NCBI GenBank assembly: GCA_963696385.1 | Contig: CAVOKF010000007.1 | Coordinates: 1,216,001 to 1,280,000 of the forward strand | From: an uncultured delta proteobacterium | Lineage (GTDB): Bacteria > Myxococcota_A > Polyangia > Polyangiales > Polyangiaceae | DNA length: 64,000 nt | Direction of reading: 5' to 3' | In this document: one piece after another, positions 29,201-39,128 of the stretch | How positions within the stretch are numbered: the stretch's first letter is position 1 | Layout: the number at the start of each line of letters is the position of its first letter | Translations under genes and position numbers: made by a program | The notes under the pieces: generated by a model | Told to the model about the DNA's origin: nothing | Databases searched by the model: none | The model's input: only the letters and a program-made list of their open reading frames with translations

Positions 29201-29285
29201 CGGGCCATTGGAGATGGGAATCGCGCCCGGACGCAGCGTGGCCGGGCGCCGTTGCAGGCGCCCTGGAAGCGGGGTACGCGATGCC

Positions 29286-30389
29286 ATGGCTCGAGCACCG
29301 GGTGAACGACTGGCCGAGCGTGCGATCCGTCGCGTCGTAGCCGCTTTCGACGGGTCGAGGCTGGCCAGCAACGCCTTGGTCCAGCTCAATGTGCGAACTC
29401 ACCGCACCTGGGCACTGCCGATCTTGCTCTATGCGCCCACTTCGCGCTGCAACTCGCGATGCGTCTCCTGCGACTATTGGAAAACGGATGGATCGACCGA
29501 TCTGGGTCGGGACGAGGTCGCCGCCCTATGCCGCGAGCTGACCGGGCTTCGCACAAGGCTCGTGGTCTTCACGGGAGGCGAGCCGCTCGTGCGCGAGGAC
29601 GTTTTCGAGCTCGCGGACTTGTTTCGTGCGCAGGGCGTGGCGTTACACCTTTTGACCAGCGGGCTTGCCCTCGAGCGCCATGCCGAGGCGGTCGTGGAGC
29701 GCTTTGCGGCCGTCACGATCTCACTCGACGGGCATACGCGCGATTTGTACCGCCGCATCCGCGGAGTCGAAGGTCTCGAGGCCGTCGAGCGCGGCGTGCG
29801 CCGCTTGAAACGGCTACGGCCCACCCTACCCGTCCGGGCGCGTTCGACGCTGCATCAGCGAAACTTCCGGGCCCTGCCGGATCTTATCGACAAGGCGGCT
29901 TCCATGGGCCTCGACCAGATCTCGTTTCTCGCCGCCGATGTCGCTTCCGATGCGTTCGGCCGGGGCCTCTTGCCCGCGGCGCCGAACCCCCACGGGCTCC
30001 TGCTCAATCGCGACGAGGTGGACGAGTTCGAGAAAGTGATCGAGAAGGCGCTGCTCAGTCACGCGCAAGCGTTTCGACAAGGGCGGGTGGCGGAGCGCGG
30101 GGACCGGCTCCGCAGGCTCGCTCGCTATTACCGTGCCCAACAAGAGCGGGGCCCGTTTCCCCAGGTTCACTGCAACGCGCCGTGGGCCAGTGCAGTCGTG
30201 GAGGCCGATGGAGCGGTGCGGCCGTGTTTTTTCCAACCACGGGTGGGAAGCCTGCGAAAAAATAGCCTACGCGCAATTCTCAACGACGAAATGGTGCGTT
30301 TCCGTCGTAAGCTGGATGTCTCTCGGGATGCTACGTGCGAGCGATGTGTGTGCTCGCTGCGGGTCGGGATGAGGTCGCGGTTATGGTGA
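29286..30389 (+). CDS. Radical SAM protein with SPASM/twitch-type C-terminal domain
   Basis: CNSRCVSC, FTGGEPL, ISLDG, CNAPW..EADGAVRPCFF..CERCVC; start uncertain. Confidence 0.88.
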   Translation: MARAPGERLAERAIRRVVAAFDGSRLASNALVQLNVRTHRTWALPILLYAPTSRCNSRCVSCDYWKTDGSTDLGRDEVAALCRELTGLRTRLVVFTGGEPLVREDVFELADLFRAQGVALHLLTSGLALERHAEAVVERFAAVTISLDGHTRDLYRRIRGVEGLEAVERGVRRLKRLRPTLPVRARSTLHQRNFRALPDLIDKAASMGLDQISFLAADVASDAFGRGLLPAAPNPHGLLLNRDEVDEFEKVIEKALLSHAQAFRQGRVAERGDRLRRLARYYRAQQERGPFPQVHCNAPWASAVVEADGAVRPCFFQPRVGSLRKNSLRAILNDEMVRFRRKLDVSRDATCERCVCSLRVGMRSRLW

Positions 30390-30399
30390 ACCTCATCCA

Positions 30400-31942
30400 A
30401 TGAAGCACGTTCCGTGGCTTCCGTGGCTCCTCACCACGCTCGCCGTCGCGATGTTGCTCGCGCGTTGGCTTCGGGTTCGACGGTACCGCGGGCTGTTTCG
30501 AATTCCGGTGCGACGGGACGATTCCTTGCTCTGCCGAGGTAACGACGGAACGCTCTCGGTCTCGGCGAACCACGACGGCTTCGAAATGCCGGCCGGTGTG
30601 GTGGCTCGCGGGCAGACTGCGTTTTTGGCGTTGCAGGTTTCGACCACGCCCGTGGGTGGTTACGTGGACCCCTTCATCGAGGTCTGGCAGGGCAGTCGGA
30701 GGTACCGGCAGTATTTCGAGCGAGGCGCGACCGGTTGGCGTCACTTGAACCTGTCGCCACTCTTCCAGAACGGGATCGAAGCCGGGTTCGGACGCGTCCA
30801 CCTTCGGGGCGGCTCGATCCGCTGGAAGAGGGAGGCCACCTTAAGAATCTTCGAATCCACCTCCAGTCGGGAACGCCGTGATTTTGGTCTTGGCGCCCCA
30901 TCCAGACGACGCCGAGATTGCGGCTTTCGGGCTCTATGCGGGCCGGCGCTCCTGGGTCGCCACGATCACCGCGGGCGAGTGCGGAATGGGGGACCTCTCG
31001 GCGGTGGCGCCTGGCCAGTCGAACGCGGCGCGCTGGAAGGCGCTCTTGCGCGTGTGGGACAGTTTGACCATCCCACAGCTGGGCGACGTGCCGCCAGACC
31101 GATGTCTCAATCTCGTCTACCCGGATGGCCAGCTGCAATCTCTCTTGCGCCGTGCCCCCCCTTCCGCCACGCTGGCGTGTGAGAAAAGTCTCTCTCGCAC
31201 TGCGCTCCGCGCGCGCAACCAGGCATCCGCGTTTCGAGCTGCAGGTCCCGCGTGCTCGTGGGAAGGCCTGGTCGAAGACCTTCGACGGTTGCTCGAGATG
31301 GCCAAGCCCGACATCGTCGTGTGCCCCCATCCGATCGTCGACGCCCACCACGACCACGTCTTCACCACGGTGGCGCTCGAACAGGCGATTCGCCGAACGA
31401 CACTGCATAGCACGCTCTTTTTTCTTTACGTCGTTCATCGAATCGATGCGCCCCTGCACCCCGTGGGGCCCAACACGAGCTGGGTGTCGTTTCCACCGTG
31501 GACCGAGCACGAATGGCTGGCCGATTCCATCTACTCGCATCCGCTCGCGCCCGAGGTGCAACGCGCGAAGTACTTCGCCGTCGAGGCGATGCACGATTTA
31601 CGAACGTTCTCGGTCGCCGAGCCCAAGGGACTGGGACGGGTTCTTCGGGCCGTAATCCGAGAGCTCTTGGCGTGGGGTGCTGGCACCGGGCTTCCCGCGA
31701 CCAGTTACTTGCGTCGGGCACCGCGCCCCAATGAGATCTACGGCGTCGTGTCCGCGAGCTCGCTTTCGGAGTTGGTCCAGCGAGCCCTCGACCGGCCCCC
31801 GCGGATCGACACTGAGATCGCGGCGGAGGCCCCATGGCTCCATTGGCTCGCGAGCCGCGCTCGGCGCATTGTACACCGCGGTCGGCCCGCAAAGCACCTC
31901 GCTCCGGAGAAGGCGCAATCGAGTCGCGTCGCAGAGCTATGA
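30400..31942 (+). CDS. PIG-L family deacetylase with N-terminal membrane anchor (DnpA-like), frameshifted near 30856
   Basis: TM N-terminus and RQYFERGATGWRHLNLS in one frame; LVLAPHPDDAEIAAFG, YPDG, PHPIVDAHHDH in the next frame. Confidence 0.75.
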
Positions 31943-32039
31943 CGCTAAGCCCGACACGTGACGCTGATTCTCGGTATCCCATCCCGCGAGTCGATGGTCG
32001 CAAGGGCATTGACGGGTTATCGCACGCTGGTGCGAGCTT

Positions 32040-32282
32040 GCCCGTGGCGCCAAACGGCTCCTTGGTGAATTCCGCGTCGAGCAGGTTCCACATCTCCGGA
32101 ACGCCTTCGCACAGAAGCATCACCTTGAGATCGGGGCGCTTCGCCAGCAGTTCCATAACGTCGGCGGCCATGCCCTCGCACAATCCCGCGGGGTCACCGG
32201 CCGCCATCGTCCCGTAACGGATTGTATAGAGGGACTCCCCATTCTTGTCGTGGAGCGTGACCGTCCGCAGTACGCCATCCGG
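32040..32282 (-). mobile_element. Transposase fragment (ISKra4/UPF0236-like)
   Basis: Reads RMAYC(fs)TVTLHDKNGESLYTIRYGTMAAGD..RPDLKVMLLCEGVPEMWNLL; family assigned from recalled motif resemblance. Confidence 0.5.
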
Positions 32283-32284
32283 GT

Positions 32285-32410
32285 AGACCTCACCAGGGGA
32301 TCGGTCAGCTCATCGCGCTCGGCTCGGCAACCTCCGTGAGGGGCGGCCGCAACGTCGTGGCCGCTCCCGTGCTCGGCGGTCTCCGCCACGATTATCACCG
32401 CGCGGGGTGA
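32285..32410 (+). mobile_element. C-terminal remnant of an integrase-core-domain IS transposase
   Basis: RPHQGIGQ...VVAAPVLGGLRHDYHRAG-stop, matching the RPHQ..LGGLHHxY C-terminus of such proteins. Confidence 0.65.
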
Positions 32411-32453
32411 GGAGCGCGGCTCCACGGATGGATGAAGTAGCCAATATCGGGCG

Positions 32454-33604
32454 TTACGAAAACCGCGGTTGGGTGTTTGATTGGCCGTCCGTCCCAAGAG
32501 TCTGCCAAATTCGAATCGTCCCCAGCGCGAGCAAAGCGCCACAGGTGCCAAGGGAAGAGCGAAACTCCGGGGTTGGTAACAGCAAAACGTGGCTGGAAAG
32601 AGCGAGCCAGAGAGCGACTATCACACTCGAGCCTCGGTCGCCTGCTGGAGGTTTGACGAGAAGCCCAAGGGCAGACATCCCCAGTGGAAGTGCGATTACG
32701 GTAGGAGCATCGCTCCTGGTCGCCTCCTGCCATAACGTACGAAGGTATTCGCGAACGCCAACGTAAACGTGTGCCTGTGCGGGGGCGACAAGGCCAACGA
32801 AGAGAGTAGTGTGAATGTACGTGGTCCACGGGTACGCGTGCCCGATGCGCTGAACGAGCATTCCTGCCAGCCCCAGCCCCACACTAGAGCAGAATGCCGC
32901 CCTTCTTTCCGCGCCCCGCAAAGCGCGCCACCCTAGCCACATAGGAACAATCACAACTACAAGGATGTTGTCAGGTCGCACGAGCAACGCGACTGCGCTC
33001 AAAACAAGCGGATGCCAAAAAGTCTTTGCGTGGACCCACGCAGCCACAGCACACGCGAGGATTATACTGGAAAGTGTGTCCGGAGTGATGAGGCTGGCAT
33101 ACTCGGCACTCACCAGCGTGAACGGCAAGATCGTGCATATCGCGCAACGCTCGTTCGTTTGTCTCGCGACCCAGGTGAAAAGGAACATCGCGAACGCAAC
33201 GAAGGAGGCGATCCCAATCTTGCGAAAAGCATCGAGTGGGCTGCCTGAACAAGCCTTCCAGGCCGCAACCCCGGCCCAGATGTAAAGTGGCTTTATTCGA
33301 TACCCTGGCAACTGTTGAGTGAAATGGTCGGAATCTTTGAACATTCGGCGGCGATACTCACCGTCTTCGTCTGGGGCGTCACGCTGCGTTTCCCGACCAG
33401 CTCCGCATATACCGCCTCGGGTGCTTCGTTTTGGGCCACCCGGTACGCGGCCGCATGGGCCTGCGAGTCGTTCAGGCCATCCAGTGAAAAGACACTGGCG
33501 ACATACGGCAGGAGGTCCCAATTGTAGACGGGGGCGCGGTATGCGGACCAGGCCTCGACGGCGACCACGACGATAAAGAGGATCGTCCACGGTCGCTTCT
33601 TCAC
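32454..33604 (-). CDS. Multi-pass membrane protein (putative GT-C-type), frameshifted near 33393
   Basis: N-part KKRPWTILF..PVYNWDLLPY..YAELVG; C-part EYRRRMF..FTQQLPGYRIKPLY..TPDTLS..LVRPDN; more AT-rich. Confidence 0.6.
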
Positions 33605-34048
33605 TTCGTGGTCCCTTCCGCTTCGGACGCTGCCCACAGGGCGCTCTGACTCTAGCCGCTCCAGGCAAGGGGTGGCGATCTTATTCCGCATCCACACCGA
33701 GAGGGGGCGTGACCCTATGCACGTCTGGTTAAGGCACTGGCAACTTGGAAACGCTTGGGCGAAAAGATAAGGGCGTTGGGTCGGCGGGTGCAGGGCGGGT
33801 CCCTAACTAAGCGGCCCCCCGCGTAGCGCGTCGAACCGCGCGAGTCGCAAATCACGCGACGGATGTCGGCGGCGCTGGGGTCGCTGACGTACGACGCAGG
33901 CGCTCGCTGAGTCACGACGCGGTCGGCCGGGCGCCTACATCGGGGCCATCGGCACCCCGGGGCCTTCGGCGTCAAGGGAGGCTCGATGCTCCGGAGTGCG
34001 TGGACGCGGCGGGTCGTGACGACGCGATGATCGGCGCCGCCGCTCCCA

Positions 34049-35764
34049 TCAGCGCACGCGGAACGCCTCCGCGTATTGCGACGTGTGCGCGTAGGCAGGG
34101 CCAATCCAGACGCGACCGATTTTGGAAACGCACGACGGGTCTGGCCCAACGAAGCTCCTAAAGAAATCCAGCTCGCGTCCGAGCTCGAAGGTGTCGACCA
34201 GATAGGTCACCCCGCTCTCTCGCCAGTAGGCGCACAGGTCGTGGCGCTTCGTTTGATAAAAATCCCACGAGTTCACGAGGCCGTCGAGATTGACGGCCGA
34301 TCGCCCCGACAAGTAGCCAATGGTGCCTGCATTCCATGCGCCCACTCGAGCATCGTTCGGCACGTTGGCTCGAACCCATTGCGCTGCGGCATAGAGCGGC
34401 TCGCGCGAGAACCCGAGAAGCGCCTCTTTTCGCCACTGGGTCAAGGTGCGCGCGGAGGCAAGCAGAACTCCGCAGCAGGCCGCGCTCGAAAACAAGTAGG
34501 CGCGTGACGACCCTCTCGGGCTCCCTAGCGCTCGAGACGCGCGTCGGGCGGCCGTCTCCCCAATCGCCGCGAGCAGCATCGCGCCGAACCACGGCTGAAT
34601 CACGTAGTACCAGCGCTGAAAACTGTAGCCATCATGGAAGGCAAACCCATAAAGAGAGACCTGGAGAACGCCGAAGAGGACGACCGGACCCCAGGGGAAC
34701 CGTGAGGAAACCCGCGGGCGCGTAGCCCCCGCGACCACGGGCTCCTCTGCGCGAGCCGGACGTGGCCCGCCGGTAGCGTGGAGGACGGACCACAGCCATG
34801 CGGCGGGAGCCCCCACGGACCCGGCTGCAAGAAAGAGCACGTACGCATGTTTCATGTGACCAACAGGCCAAACGCCGTTGACCAGTTTGGCAGCCATCCA
34901 TCCGTTCGCCTGGTAGTGCCGATCGTCGTAGAGAAGTTGCACCGACCAATCGCGCTTAATGAATCCGTTGATGGGCAGCAGGTGACCAAAGAAGTGAACG
35001 TTGACGACCATGTAGGACAACACGGCCGCCAGGGGAGGCACACCCAGCGCGAGCAGGCGCCGGGCGCCCGCCATCGTCGGGCCGCCGCGAAGCTCCTCGA
35101 CGCCCAACGCCGTGAAGAGACATCCGAAGAACAGAATGTTGTCCAAGCGAGCCAGGAACGCCAGACTCAGAAGCGCGCCGAGGGCGAGGTGCGCGGTCCA
35201 TGCGGCCGGGCCGTCCGAGAACCGCGTCCGATAGCAATGAACCACCGCGAGGATACACGCACCATTCAGGCTGTACTCCAGCCCGGACAGCGGCAGCCGG
35301 TAAAGCAGTTGAACGTGGACCCAAAGCAACGCCGCGAGGATCGCCCCGGAGCGACTGAGATCGTTGCGCGCGATGCGATAGGTCAGGTCCACACCAATCG
35401 CCATCAGAATCGCCTGCAAAAGAACGGCGAGAATGAGCGCAATATCGATCGCCGACGTGAGCCAAAAAATGGGCACAAGGCAAAGGAGCCAGAGCGGGTG
35501 GTAGCCGTTCGTGGGGTGGAGGCCGTCGAAGGTCGAGCCCCGACCACGCGCAATCTCTTCGGCGATTTTCAGATAATAAAAACCGTCGTCGTAGGTCAGG
35601 CTCGTGCTGCCAACGGTCAGCGCCTCTCGGATACCCAAGCCGGTCAACGATCCATCGAGGCGATCGGAATGTACGCCCGCGATTACGAAGGCCGCCGCAA
35701 CGACGAGGCTGTAGAGAGCCAACCCGGCCCGGGCGCGGCGATCGATCGAGTCATCCGATCTCAT
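34049..35764 (-). CDS. Membrane GT-C superfamily glycosyltransferase-like protein
   Basis: DDGFYYLKIAEEIARGRGSTFDG..TNGYHPLW, SGLE, LARLD, WNAGTIGY..NLDGLVN. Confidence 0.7.
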   Translation of the reverse strand: MRSDDSIDRRARAGLALYSLVVAAAFVIAGVHSDRLDGSLTGLGIREALTVGSTSLTYDDGFYYLKIAEEIARGRGSTFDGLHPTNGYHPLWLLCLVPIFWLTSAIDIALILAVLLQAILMAIGVDLTYRIARNDLSRSGAILAALLWVHVQLLYRLPLSGLEYSLNGACILAVVHCYRTRFSDGPAAWTAHLALGALLSLAFLARLDNILFFGCLFTALGVEELRGGPTMAGARRLLALGVPPLAAVLSYMVVNVHFFGHLLPINGFIKRDWSVQLLYDDRHYQANGWMAAKLVNGVWPVGHMKHAYVLFLAAGSVGAPAAWLWSVLHATGGPRPARAEEPVVAGATRPRVSSRFPWGPVVLFGVLQVSLYGFAFHDGYSFQRWYYVIQPWFGAMLLAAIGETAARRASRALGSPRGSSRAYLFSSAACCGVLLASARTLTQWRKEALLGFSREPLYAAAQWVRANVPNDARVGAWNAGTIGYLSGRSAVNLDGLVNSWDFYQTKRHDLCAYWRESGVTYLVDTFELGRELDFFRSFVGPDPSCVSKIGRVWIGPAYAHTSQYAEAFRVR

Positions 35765-36545
35765 GACGATCCGTAGCGACACGCCGGCGAAGGAGAGTCC
35801 GCTTCACCCAGGCGGTGTGCCGCATCGCATCGGCGACAATGAAGCGCAAGCGCGCCGCCGCGACGCACTTGCTGACGCGAAGTGCAACGGGGGTGGAAAG
35901 GTCGCGGCGCATAAACACGGCATTGAACTGATTCCGACCACGCTGACCGTCGGTGCCCAACTCAATGAACCGCGCGGCGTGAAGGAGCGCGTGGATCTCC
36001 GGATAAAGTACTTGTTCCAGGGCAACGCAAGGCTCGGTTTCGACCTCCACGTGAACGAGCTGGACGTGGTGAAGGACGCCGGCCGCCCCCCGCAGCGCCT
36101 CGTACGCCTTTCCCTCTACGTCGGTCCATAGGGCGATTCGTGGATCGGCAAGTCGCTGGCCGCCGAGAAAGGAGTCCAATCGCGTGGTTCTGACAACGAC
36201 GCCATCCGGCGCTTCCAGCTCCCCGTAGCGCCTGTGGAGAGAGCTCTGCCCCCGCTCCCCGTTGACGGTCGAATAGTCCGCCTTCACGACGAAAAACTGC
36301 CCTTCGCCGTCGTAATCCGTCGCGGCGAGAGGGACGACTTGAATGTTCTGCTTTCGGAGGTGCGCGTTGGCCTGCATCTGACGAAGGTTTTCGGGGTTCG
36401 CCTCGAAGGCAAACACGCTCGCCTGAGGCATCGCGGCCCGAAACGCAAGAGCGTCGTCGCCGTTCATGGACCCGACGTCGCAGACCGCCGTAATGCCCAT
36501 TTCCGCGAGCAACCGGATGAATAGGCGTCGCGTGTTGAGCCTCAT
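35751..36545 (-). CDS. FkbM family methyltransferase
   Basis: VCDVGSMNG, FAFEANP, TTRLDSF, LWTDVEGKAYEALRGA. Confidence 0.88.
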   Translation of the reverse strand: MRLNTRRLFIRLLAEMGITAVCDVGSMNGDDALAFRAAMPQASVFAFEANPENLRQMQANAHLRKQNIQVVPLAATDYDGEGQFFVVKADYSTVNGERGQSSLHRRYGELEAPDGVVVRTTRLDSFLGGQRLADPRIALWTDVEGKAYEALRGAAGVLHHVQLVHVEVETEPCVALEQVLYPEIHALLHAARFIELGTDGQRGRNQFNAVFMRRDLSTPVALRVSKCVAAARLRFIVADAMRHTAWVKRTLLRRRVATDRHEIG

Positions 36546-37504
36546 GGGTCAGGCGCCGACGATCGCGCCTTGGCTAGATCTCGGTACTTCGAGAGCCAAC
36601 GAGAAGGCACCATCGGCCTCACCATGGCCTTGGACGCGCCCCACCACCATTGCGGATACGGCCACGCGAAGCGTGAGGCGCCGAGCACGCTTCGGGCGGC
36701 TGCGACGTGGTTGCCCTGGTCGAAGTAGAGCCCGGCAAGAAAGAGCGCAGCGTCGCCGCGCCGCTTGTGACAAAGCGACCTCAACCGCGGATCGGGAAGG
36801 AGCTTGGCCATTTTGCCAAAGAGCCGCACCCAGCTTCGGTATTCGGCGATGCGATCCAGGCTGTACCGATCCAAATGTTGGTCGCGGATGTAGGCGAGAG
36901 GATCCGGGGTCACGCTGACATCGCTCCGCAGGGCGAGGCGCAGCCAGAGGTCGCAGTCCTCGCCGTAGCGCTGCTCTTCGTCGAAGCCGCCCACCTCGTC
37001 AATGAATCCGCGCTCAACCATGACCGTCGCGGTGGCAATGTTGACGGTGAAGTTCAATAGAGGCTCGACGATCCGTCCGTCGTAAAGGCCCCAGCGCCGA
37101 GTATCGGTATCCGGCAGTGAATGACCGCGCTCATCGGTGAGCACGACGTTCGTGTAGCTCCAGCGTCGGTCGGGGCGCGACCGCATGATCTCGAGCTGGA
37201 CGGACAATTTGCGAGGGTCCCAAACGTCATCGGAGTCGAGAAACGCGATGTACTGACCACGCGACCGCCGAATGGCCTGGTTGCGAACCGCCCCGGGGTT
37301 TCCGCAATGCGGTAACCAGAGGACGACGATCCGTGCGTCGGAGAGATTTCGGAGGTAGGTACGCGCCTCCTCGTCCGAACCGTCGTCGGCGATGAAGAGC
37401 TCCCAGCTTTCGTGGGTTTGATGCAGTACAGAGTCGATCGCCTGGCGCAGGTAGTTCAGGCGGTTGAATGTGGGCAGGACGATCGACACATCGGGAGTGA
37501 GCAT
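36542..37504 (-). CDS. Glycosyltransferase family 2
   Basis: VSIVLPTFNR, ADDGS, AFLDSDD, GGFDE..EDCDLWLRLA. Confidence 0.93.
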   Translation of the reverse strand: MLTPDVSIVLPTFNRLNYLRQAIDSVLHQTHESWELFIADDGSDEEARTYLRNLSDARIVVLWLPHCGNPGAVRNQAIRRSRGQYIAFLDSDDVWDPRKLSVQLEIMRSRPDRRWSYTNVVLTDERGHSLPDTDTRRWGLYDGRIVEPLLNFTVNIATATVMVERGFIDEVGGFDEEQRYGEDCDLWLRLALRSDVSVTPDPLAYIRDQHLDRYSLDRIAEYRSWVRLFGKMAKLLPDPRLRSLCHKRRGDAALFLAGLYFDQGNHVAAARSVLGASRFAWPYPQWWWGASKAMVRPMVPSRWLSKYRDLAKARSSAPDP

Positions 37505-37528
37505 CCGCGCAGCCCGCCCACAATTCTC

Positions 37529-39070
37529 TCAGATGCTCTCGGCTTTGGGATCGCGCAGGCGCACAATCTTCTGCCCGATCTCGAGCTCCAGGGGACGCCC
37601 GTACGTGCCCGTGGCATATCGCCAGCGCGAAAGATTTCGCAGCGCGGCTTTCCCCCAGCGGGGCGTGCGATGATCCTGCACGGTCGGAAAGCGGCACGCG
37701 AGCACCCGAGCGAAATCCGCGACGCGTCGACGGGTGCGGGGCGTCAGCCATGGGGCGTCCTGGTGGCACACCCATTGGACCCAGCGCGGCTGCGTCCACT
37801 CCTCTGGCGTCGTGGGCAGCGCGGGGCCGGACGGCCCGTACGTCCGCAAGACGGGCAAGTGCGCGATGCCCGGCTCCTTGCGAAACGACACGCGGTCGAC
37901 CTGCGGGGTGGGGCTGTAGAAGTAGAGAATGATCTCGGAGTCTGGATTGATGGTCTTGATCTTGCGAACGAATGCAAACGTCTTGTCGATTTCGCCTTCC
38001 GGGTCGTCGGGCCCGCCGAGGACGAAGGAGAACTCCGGAATCACGCCGTACTCGCGACATCGCGCGGCCACTTCGAGCGTATGATCGACCCGCGACCCTT
38101 TGCGCATGCGCGACAGGACGTCGTCGCTGGCCGTCTCGGCGCCGATATAGGCCATCCGCAAGCGGCTCCGGCGAATGGCCTCCCAGGTAGAGGCCGAGAA
38201 TCGCGCGAGGGTGTCGGCGCGCGCGTAGCACCACCACGGCATTCCGAGCCGGGCGAGCACTTCGAGCGTCGGAATGCTGCTTTCCTCGCGATCGAAGAAG
38301 TTGTGGTCGAAGAACTGCACCGCGTCGGCGCCCCAGCGATCGCGGAGCAATCCAAGGGCTGCCTCCATGCGTCGCGGCGCGTCGAGGATCGTCTGCCCGT
38401 TCCACATCGAGACGACGCCGCAGAACTCGCACTTGAAGCGGCAGCCGAGCGCCGCCTGGTGGACTGCCGTGCGCGCTCCGAGAAAGCTTGGCCGCAAGTA
38501 ACCGCTTACGTCGCCGAGGCGCTCGTAGGGCAGAGGGGGCAGGATGTCCGGAGGGACGAGCGCCCGGTCGGGGTTGTGAACGGTTTGGCCGCCGCGCTTC
38601 CAGGTGAGTCCGGCAATGCCCTGGATTGTGGTGGCGTCGCGGGCCGAGTCGGTTGAGGAGGGGGCCCCGGCGTCGGGCAAGCCATCCAGGAGATCGAGAA
38701 GCGTGTGCTCGCCCTGCCCGCGAACAAGATAGTCGACATAGGGCGCGTTGATCGCCGAGTCGGGGTAGAGCGTGGGGAAGTAGCCGCCCCATGCGATGGG
38801 CACAGTGGGGAACGACGCGCGGATGGCGGCGGAGATCTCGATGGCCGTCGCGACCTGCGGCCCCGGCATCACAGTGACGCCCACGAGCGCGTGGGGTTGC
38901 TGACCAAGGGCGGCCAGCGCCGAGTCCCGGATCGGTCCGAGATTCCCGTCGAGGATTCGCCAAGGGTGTCGGCCCTCGAGGACGGCTGCGAGGTGCAGAA
39001 CGGACAGCGGCAGTCGCGTACTGTGCGGCCGGCACATGTGCGGGTTGACTAGCAGCACGGCCGCGGCCAT
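37529..39070 (-). CDS. B12-binding domain radical SAM protein (#2)
   Basis: LPLSVLHLAA, VMPGPQ, WGGYFPTLY, GQGE, LGCRFKCEFC, FFDHNFF, IGAETAS. Confidence 0.92.
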   Translation of the reverse strand: MAAAVLLVNPHMCRPHSTRLPLSVLHLAAVLEGRHPWRILDGNLGPIRDSALAALGQQPHALVGVTVMPGPQVATAIEISAAIRASFPTVPIAWGGYFPTLYPDSAINAPYVDYLVRGQGEHTLLDLLDGLPDAGAPSSTDSARDATTIQGIAGLTWKRGGQTVHNPDRALVPPDILPPLPYERLGDVSGYLRPSFLGARTAVHQAALGCRFKCEFCGVVSMWNGQTILDAPRRMEAALGLLRDRWGADAVQFFDHNFFDREESSIPTLEVLARLGMPWWCYARADTLARFSASTWEAIRRSRLRMAYIGAETASDDVLSRMRKGSRVDHTLEVAARCREYGVIPEFSFVLGGPDDPEGEIDKTFAFVRKIKTINPDSEIILYFYSPTPQVDRVSFRKEPGIAHLPVLRTYGPSGPALPTTPEEWTQPRWVQWVCHQDAPWLTPRTRRRVADFARVLACRFPTVQDHRTPRWGKAALRNLSRWRYATGTYGRPLELEIGQKIVRLRDPKAESI

Positions 39071-39128
39071 CGGACGCGGACTCTAGCATAGCGGTGTCGC
39101 TGTTGAGGTTCGGGGCGACGAGAGACAC

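Noticed and set aside
29286..30389. SPASM rSAM as a classical RiPP maturase or anaerobic sulfatase maturase
   Set aside because: No PqqD/RRE domain, adjacent precursor, peptidase transporter or sulfatase seen; the context is glycan biosynthesis. The 44743 peptide is kept separately as a weak alternative
33700..34040. Intergenic stretch as a possible ncRNA or riboswitch (e.g. cobalamin)
   Set aside because: No B12-box or other recognisable core motif seen; an Rfam/Infernal scan would be needed
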